Shown piece by piece: positions 55,767-64,000 of a DNA stretch of 64,000 nt. The notes beneath the pieces are model-generated. The model was not told the DNA's origin. It did not search any database and saw nothing but the letters and a program-made list of their open reading frames with translations. Each line of letters opens with the position of its first letter. Within the stretch, counting starts at the first letter, position 1. Source of the stretch: the human T2T-CHM13v2.0 reference genome, Homo sapiens; NCBI RefSeq assembly GCF_009914755.1, contig NC_060931.1; one strand, given 5' to 3'. The translations under genes were made by a program, and so were the position numbers.

Positions 55767-57122
55767 CCAAAGAATATTTTCAGTATTTTTAAAAGTGAAA
55801 AAAATGGCTGTATAGTATTCCATGGTGTATATGTGCCACATTTTCTTAATCCAGTCTATTGTTGTTGGACATTTGGGTTGGACATGGATGAAGCTGGAAA
55901 CCATCATTCTCAGCAAACTATCACAAGAACAAAAAACCAAACACTGCATGTTCTCAATCATAGGTGGGAATTGAACAATGAGAACACATGGACACAGGAA
56001 GGGGAACATCACACACTGGAGACTCTTGTGGGGTGGGGGAGGGGGGAGGGATAGTATTAGGAGATATACCTAATGCTAAATGACGAGTTAATGGGTGCAG
56101 CACACCAACATGGCACATGTATACATATGTAACAAACCTGCATGTTGTGCACATGTACCCTAAAACTTAAAGTATAATAATAATAAAATAAAAAAAGTGA
56201 AAAAAATGTATAGCTATATTTAAGTTAAAATTAACATTAAGGGTTATAAGTATAAGATGGCCATCAAAAGTGTAACTGACTATATGTGTAATGGAAGAGT
56301 AATGGAATAAATGCCTATATAGTCATATTAAACATTTGACTTCCTTGAAAGCATTTGTAAATACATTGCTTACTTGGATGGAAATTTTAATATAAATTAA
56401 TAAAATTATTAATAGTTAAATGCAGTTCACAGAAGAGAATCATGTTTTTCACAGCAGGTAAAGAATTGGCACATGCATTATTTTAAGAATGTCAATAAGC
56501 CAGCTAATTTTTACTAAAATACAAGGCCATGTAACCAAAATGGAGTTCATAATTTTGCAGTGAGGAAAAGAGAATTACTTAGATAAGACTATATTACTGT
56601 GTGGGGAATAGTGGTGTCTACTTCAGTTTGGAGTAAAATATTTTATAGTAAGAAAAAAAACTTAATGGTTTAACTCACTTTTCATCAGTAATACTCTTAA
56701 AGTTTGCTATTACAATATTCCAGGAAATTACCATTAACTCTATTTATTTGAAGCCTCTGTCCTGTACATCAGGAGGATTTTTTTCTCAGAAAGATGTAGT
56801 TGCAATAGCATAGTAAATCTGAAAACAACAAAAGCAATTGCACTTTTTTGAAAAATAAAAAACATACACACACACATACACAAACTCACACACAACACAC
56901 ATAACACAAACTCATGGTTTTGAGCTTTGTTTGATGTGGAACTTTCCACCAAAAATAACATATTTCAAACAAATTAAAGACAGAGAGTATTTTGTGTTTA
57001 TTTAACGTACCCAAAGTATACTGAACTTAAATAGTGATGATGTGTAAGAAAGTATCTTATTAATGTCATAAAAATATAGTTTTACCATAAAATTTAATGA
57101 ATTTCATCTATATGTAAATCTA
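55767..57122 (+). repeat. Long inverted repeat, left arm (interrupted by L1PA plus one TSD copy at 55807-56208)
   Basis: Reverse complement of 58450-59390; includes a perfect 55-bp block 56451-56505 vs 59055-59109. Confidence 0.95.
55807..56192 (+). mobile_element. 5'-truncated, 5'-inverted (twin-primed) L1PA, L1PA4-like
   Basis: 55807-55880 antisense L1 ORF2 end; 55881-56192 sense ORF2 end, 3'UTR and tail; 16-bp TSD aaaagtgaaaaaaatg at 55791-55806 and 56193-56208; TT/AAAA target. Confidence 0.95.
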
Positions 57123-57124
57123 TA

Positions 57125-57410
57125 CGCTTTTATGAATGAATGTCATGATAAAACATAGAATGAAAGAAGCCAGACATACTGAGAGTAATTTCTGTATGAT
57201 TTGATTTACCAAAAGTTCATAAAGAGGCAAAACATAGATTAGCTTTAGAAGGCAGGGCAGCTGTTCACTTTGAGAAGCATAAAGTTTAGGAGGCAGCATG
57301 AAAGAGTCTTCTGGGCATTTGCCATATTCCATTATTTGATCTAGATTATAGTTACAGAGAAGCATTCACTTTGTGAAAATTTACTGGGGTATAAATATGT
57401 TTTATGATTT
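57125..57410 (+). mobile_element. Old L1 (L1ME-type) 3'UTR fragment
   Basis: gaatgaaagaagccagacat...tctgtatgatttgattta...cattcactttgtgaaaattt. Confidence 0.7.
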
Positions 57411-58449
57411 ATTTTAGCTACAGTTTGGTTTCTAAACATTTACTGACAAAATACTTTAGCCTCATAAAGTGCACTTGACAGCTTTTTCTCTATTTTCTGG
57501 AACTACTTGTATCGCACCGGATTGGATTGAACCTTCTTTTTGTAGTTGATAGAACTCACCTGTAAAGCAATCTGGTATTGAGTTTTTGAGTAAAAACATG
57601 CCTTTCATATCATTTTCGTTTCTTCCAATAATCTACTACTACTATTAAAAGACCCAATAAAGTCTACTACATTTCTCTTTTTTTATATACAATCAGTAGC
57701 AAAACCATGTTAGAATTCTGTTCTCTTGCATTCCATCCTAGTGTTCTGAGCATTTCCCCAGGTCCCTCATGTACATAGTCACAAACAAGGAAAGAAGTAA
57801 AGAACAACAGCTTCAGCAATCCTACTGTTGTATGAAATTATAGTGTAAGGCACAATGGTATTTTTCTCCTGAAATAATTACTATAATACTACATAAATTC
57901 TTTCTAGTCATAGCCATGTTTGCCAGGAAATCTCTAAGAAGCCTCTGAATATCCTTTGCAATAAAACAAAATATAGTAACATGAATATCACATTAATTTT
58001 CAGTTTGCAAATAGCATAAAGCAAAACTATATTATCTTCATTACAGCACTTTATTTCTTTCCTTTTGCTTTAAACAAGCTCACTTGTCTATTTCATTGGG
58101 TCAGAACTTACTTTACTCACCTGTAAAAATCTTTAGTAAAATCAGTATCAACTATAGGTTTAGTAAGGAGCTGTTCTTAATGACAGTCAAGGAATTCACA
58201 GGGAAGGGAAAAGAAAAAAAAAATGACCCAGAAGAGGGAGGAACAGAAGGGGAATAAATCCATGTGCTGCAATTAATCAGAAATTCTAAACTTATTAAGA
58301 GATATGTCAATAACAGTTACGTATTCTTTTCAAAGATTTTGGAAGAAAGAAAATATTTTTTAAAGGTTAAAAACATAAATGAAATTTCTGTTAGACAAAG
58401 GAGACCAGTGATTCCACAGGAAAAAAAAAAGAATTTAATCATTTTTATG

Positions 58450-59390
58450 TAGTATTTATATAGAGATTAAGTTCATTAAATTTGATGGTATAGGTATATT
58501 TTTATGACATTATTAAAATACTTTCTTACACGTCATTACTATTTAAGATCAGTATACTCTGGGCAGGTTAAATAAACACAAAATGCTCTCTGTCTTTAAT
58601 CTGTTTGAAATATGTTATTTGTGGTGGAAAGTTCCACATCAAACAAAGCTCAAAACCTACCAGTTCGTTTTATCTGTGTCATGTGTGCTTGTGTGTGTGT
58701 GTATGTTTTCCATTTTTCAAAAGAAGTGTAATTGCTTTTGTTGTTTTCAGATTCATTGTGCACTATTGCATTTTCATCTTTCTGAGAAAAAACATCCTCC
58801 CGATATATAGGACAGAGGCTTCAAATAAACAGAATTAGTGGTAATTTCCTGGAATATTTTAATAGCAAACTTTATTTTATTTTTTTGCTGAAAAGTGAAT
58901 TAAACCATGAAGTTTTCTTCTTACTATAAAATATTTCACTCCAAACTGAAGTAGGTACCACTATTCCCCACATAGTCTAAGTAATTTTCTTTTCCTCATG
59001 TGCAGAATTGTGAACTCCATTTTGGTTATATGGCTTTGTATTTTGGTAAAAATCAGCTGGCTTATTGACATTCTTAAAATAATGCATGTGCCAATTCTTT
59101 ACCTGCTGTAAAAAGCATGATTTTCTCCTGTGAACTCTATTTAACTAAAAATAATTTTATTAATTTATATTAAAATTTCCACGAGAGAAAGCAATGTATT
59201 TATAAATGCCATGAAGGAAGTCAAATGTTCGATATGCCTGTACAGGCATCTACTCTATTACTCTTCCATTACACATATATTCCATTACACTTTTGATGGC
59301 CATGTTATACTTATAACCCTTAATGTTAATTTTAACTTAAATATAGCAAAAATATCTTTTCATTTTAAAGAAATACAGAGAATATTTTGG
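58450..59390 (-). repeat. Long inverted repeat, right arm
   Basis: Reverse complement of the left arm; about 88% identity in a ~230-bp block aligned by hand. Confidence 0.95.
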
Positions 59391-59769
59391 TCTCATTAAA
59401 ATGACACTGTTTTGCACTAAAGAACATATCCATTGAAGCAAATTTGAAGTAATATATTTTGTATCCACACTAAGCAGATAACACAGTTTGTAATGTTATT
59501 TGGCAAGTGTCAGCAATCCTTGGTTAGCTCATTTATAATGATGTTAAATTGTTTTTTCAATGTAATAGAATGTGTTTTTAATCTATATTTGAGCTCCATC
59601 AACAATTGATTAAAATAATAAAATCCCTCATACAAGATGAGTTATAAATAGTCTTTGTTAAATTAAAGCACATAATAGTGAAGTATGGGACTGTTTTAAT
59701 CAATAATCATGCTAAATCCTACAATTAATTAGAATAAATTAAATCATATTTAAACTAATTTGTGTTATA

Positions 59770-59990
59770 GTCAGAAAGGCTTGAATCACTCATCTAGCTC
59801 TGGCCCTAACTTGATATGGTATCACAGATATTAATAGTCTATGTCTTAGTTTCCTCACCTGTGAAATGAACATAATTATGAATTTTAAATCATAGGTTTG
59901 TTTTAAGGTTAATTATGATTACGTATGTTAAATGCTTGGCACAGCACTTAGCATATTGCAATTAAACAATAAATGTTTGCTATGGTTATA
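59770..59990 (+). mobile_element. MIR
   Basis: tcttagtttcctcacctgtgaaatg...gtatgttaaatgcttggcacagcacttagcata...caataaatgtttgctat. Confidence 0.75.
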
Positions 59991-60803
59991 AATGGTTGTT
60001 ATTATTTTAAGAAAATAAAAATATTTGAGTCACAAATTTTATGAAAAGTATTTATATTCATATATTAGAGGTGAATGCACAAATTCAGAGTTAGTGAAAC
60101 TTTAGAGGTAGAAGCTGAGTTTTACATTACTTTTTCTTCAAATTGTATAAACATGAATTGAAAACTTTATTATTTTTTTACAGGGTCCAATAAATTTAAG
60201 AGAAATAAGAATTCTCAGCTGCAAACAGAGGATGCTTTTTGCAATTGTGTCAAAAAGAACAATTATAAAACATAAATCTAAGATAATATTTGAAAACTCT
60301 ATATAAAATGATATTTTTGAGAAAAATGAAAAAGACTTTAACAAAAGAAAATATATGCCATATTCTGGGATTAGAAGACTTAATATTGTGCAGATGTCAA
60401 TTCCCTCTAAACTGATCTATAAAGCCAATGCACTTCCAGCAAATTTCTGTGATGAATATTATGTGATGATGTGATTCCAGAATTTAGACAGTAAAAAGTG
60501 AAATACAGGTAAGAAAACATTTTTTCTTTTTTTTAAGGTAAGACTTAGCTATATTAAAGTGCACAAATTTTAGAATTATAGTTCAGTTTTAATAAGGATG
60601 TAGCTAAAATTTTTACATTTTTATATATGCATGCAATTACCTCTCATATCAAGGTTTATATTATTTCCAGTCCCAACATGCTCCCTCTCATACATTACCA
60701 GTAAGATATCCCTCCCTAGTCAACTCTCCTCACAAACATGATCACTATCACTACAGAGAGTTTTATTTAAATGAAGTTATGCAATACAGTTTTTTTGCCT
60801 CAC

Positions 60804-61104
60804 TTTTTTTTTTTTTTTTTTTTCTGAGATGGAGTCTTACTCTGTTGCCCAGGCTGGAGCACAGTGGCAGGATCTCGGCCCGCTACAACTTCTGCCCCCT
60901 TGGTTCAAGCGATTCTCCTGCCTCAGCCTCCTGAGTAGCTGGGATTTCAGGTGCCTGCCACCACACCCAGCTAATTTTTGTATTTTTGATAGAGATGGGG
61001 TTTCACCATGTTGGTCAGGCTGGTCTCGAACTCCTGACCTCGTGACCCGCCTGCCTCAGCCTCCCAAAGCGCTGGGATTACAGTGTGAGGCACTGCATCC
61101 GGCC
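60804..61104 (-). mobile_element. AluS (Sg-like), full length
   Basis: Dimeric Alu with ctcctgacctcgtgacc; TSD ttgcctcac at 60795-60803 and 61105-61113. Confidence 0.95.
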
Positions 61105-61391
61105 TTGCCTCACATTTTTTTAGTTAAAATTATTCCTGTAAGGATCATCCATGCTGGGTTTTGTAGAAGAGGTTTGGTCTTTTGCATTGTTCACTACAAT
61201 CCGTTTGATATACTGTCATATTTTATACATACTACTGTTGCTAGACATCTGGATTGATTTAGGTTTTGTTGTTATAAATAGTGCTCTTATAAACATTGTC
61301 TTACTTTTTTTTCTTGTTCATAAACACTAATTTTCATTGAATATATACCTAGAATGGAATTTTGGGATTATAGGCTAAGTGAAAAAAAGTA

Positions 61392-61617
61392 ACCACACCA
61401 AGTATCCAGAGAGGATGTAAACCAACTCAAACACATATATTGCTTGTACCACTGTAAATTGAAACAACTACTTCGGAAAACTTTTTGTTAATATATACTG
61501 AAGCTGACCTTTATTGACAAAAGCTTTTCCCAAGTAGTTGTTCCAATTTACAGTGGTACAAGCAATATATGTGTTTCAGTTGATCTATAGATACCTTTGC
61601 TTGATTCTTGGTGTGGT
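61392..61617. repeat. Fold-back inverted repeat (~100-bp arms, 18-nt loop)
   Basis: 61392-61493 vs 61512-61617; perfect 33-bp core 61429-61461 / 61544-61576. Confidence 0.95.
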
Positions 61618-61897
61618 CAGTTTCTTTATTTTAACTATTCTGGTGGATGTGTGGTAGGATTTTTGCATGTTTGTGGATTTGGCTTGCACTCCTGTCATGA
61701 CTAGTGATGTTGGTTTTTTCATCATATGATTTTGGTGTATTTGTGAGGTAACTGTTCAACTTTTCAAGTTTAATTTCTAAATACTTTTTTAAAGTTAGTA
61801 CTGTATGAATTCCCTTTGCCTTGTCTACCCTAAGATTGTAAACATGTTTCTTATGTTTTTATCTATATTTTTTTAAAATTTACCTTTATCCTTATAA

Positions 61898-62215
<318 letters not shown>

Positions 62216-64000
62216 TGAAGTTATTTTGGTTTGGTGTGAGATAATTGTTAAAATTACATTTTTCCTTATGACTATATAGTTGAGCCCAGACTTTTAAATT
62301 TAAGACCATCATATCAACCACTAAATTGTACTGATGCTCTCAACATAAATCATGTGACTTTACATCCATTGGTCTATTTCCTGACACTCTCTACTGTTTT
62401 GTTGGTTTATTTTGCTATTTTTATAATAATATACTGCAAGTATCTCTAGAAAAAGATGAGATAAACTAATAAGATAAAATATGTATTAAAGCTACAGTAA
62501 TTGAGAGTAAACTGATATGTGATATATTTCTTGCATTGAGTGACATGGTTGACAATTTTATTTTATTAAAGTCACATTTATGTTTCGTGCACTTTTCTGA
62601 TTTTACATTTTTCAGTAAAAAACAAAGTACAACAAACAAACAAAAAAGATCCATGGAGTTGAGTCAGACAAGTAATCAGATTCTTAAAATCCAATAGAAT
62701 GAGTTCTCCAACGCACACAACAAAATGTTGTTCATCAGGTAAACTAAATAACAAGACAATACAAAAACAATTGTTTGAAATTTTGTGGTTATGCATATTT
62801 AAATTTCATACTATTTTAATGTGAATGAATGAGTACAGAGGGCAATGTACATACAGGTTTTGAATCACCAGTCTGGCCTTTACACTCTACATGAGATTTT
62901 CTATGGATGGTGTTAAACTTGCCTAACAATAACAAGAAAGTTACAGCCACATGGGTAATATTTAAGTTACAAACATTTTTAGAAATTAACATAGATTGTG
63001 TGAGAGCAAGGTATGTTTTTGTGTTTGTTGTGCATTTTATTGCACATTGGTAGAAAATGCTATTAATTTTACAGCTCAGGACAACATTATGAGTAAATTT
63101 TAAATTTAAACCCATAATGTAGTAACAGTAATAGGTAATATCACAATATTCTGTCTAAAAGATTCACTACTATTTTAACAGAATACCGTAGGAGAGCAAA
63201 GGAAAGGCTGATGCCTTGGAAAAATCTGGAAGGAATTCACAGAGGAAGTAAGCTTTGAGCTGGATTGAAATACATGGCATTGCTTGGGAGAAAATGAGAA
63301 AACCAAGGAAATATTCGCTGTAAAGTATTGAGACGTGAAAGAGTGGCAAGCTGGGCAAGCTGGCACATGGAATGGGTGGATCATTAGTAGAAAATGCCAT
63401 TAATGTAACAGGTCAGGACCAGAGTGGGGAAAGCCTCTTTCACACATAGATACATCATGTTCTTCATTTATTCTGCAGTAGCACAGGTGTTTGTCCCAGC
63501 CTTCAGTTCTCTAATCATTCAGCCATTACTGAGCACCTGCTATGCATCAGGAAACTAACTATTTTCATGTTTCTACATGGTCAAAGCTTTCTGAGCAAAA
63601 AATACTGGCAACCTGACTTAAAGGATAAACGAATGACAAACAAGCCTTGGAAGTGAAAGACAGTAAAATATTCCAGGCAGATTTAAAGATTAATCTTCCC
63701 TGGAGCCATTTGTTCACATTTCAAAGGATGACACTACTAGTACCAATCATCATCATCCCAGTTTCATTTGCTTGCATTAGAAGGTGCTGTAACATCCTAA
63801 AGAACTTCCTCCTATCTTTCCAGAAGTAATGTGACTATGTTATAGAGAAAAAATTTCTCTCCCTCTCTTAAAAGAAGAGGGACATTATGAACCATTCCTC
63901 TGAAAGCTCTGAAGTTCATAATTTCAGTGCTTCTCTCCTGTAGTACTAACTCTACCTGTACATGGAGGTTGACATCTGCCTTGATATGTCACTTGGTGGA

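Noticed and set aside
57550-57570. Minus-strand ttacag|gtgagt resembling a recursive splice site
   Set aside because: Lies in an old L1 ORF2 fragment where this motif is consensus-derived; no pyrimidine tract.
56740-58838. Similar peptides on opposite strands (56740-56961 and 58583-58838) suggesting paralogous genes
   Set aside because: By-product of the inverted repeat; the reading frame is not preserved between arms.

Overview
AT-rich, repeat-dense primate (hominoid/human-like) genomic DNA, judged from AluY/AluS, L1PA, THE1 and MADE1 elements. It is either gene desert or deep intron; I cannot identify the locus. I can support no protein-coding exon, RNA gene or CpG island. The ORF track is explained by Alus, simple repeats, decayed L1/ERVL and chance. 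Much of the window is old L1M/L2/MIR, MaLR and ERVL LTRs, two opposed ERVL gag-pol remnants and several DNA transposons. Subfamily names come from recalled consensus sequences and old-element boundaries are approximate. The most interesting signals are structures a repeat annotation would not explain: (1) a ~940-bp-arm inverted repeat of apparently unique DNA (55767-57122 / 58450-59390) with a twin-primed L1PA inserted in one arm and a splice-site cluster in the loop; (2) an AluY that carries, inside its TSDs, a perfect 61-bp copy of sequence 27.7 kb upstream; (3) a ~100-bp-stem fold-back hairpin inside an old L1 (61392-61617); (4) several small templated-insertion or duplication scars. I see no evidence for a new gene system. 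These are genome-structure and possible dsRNA observations.
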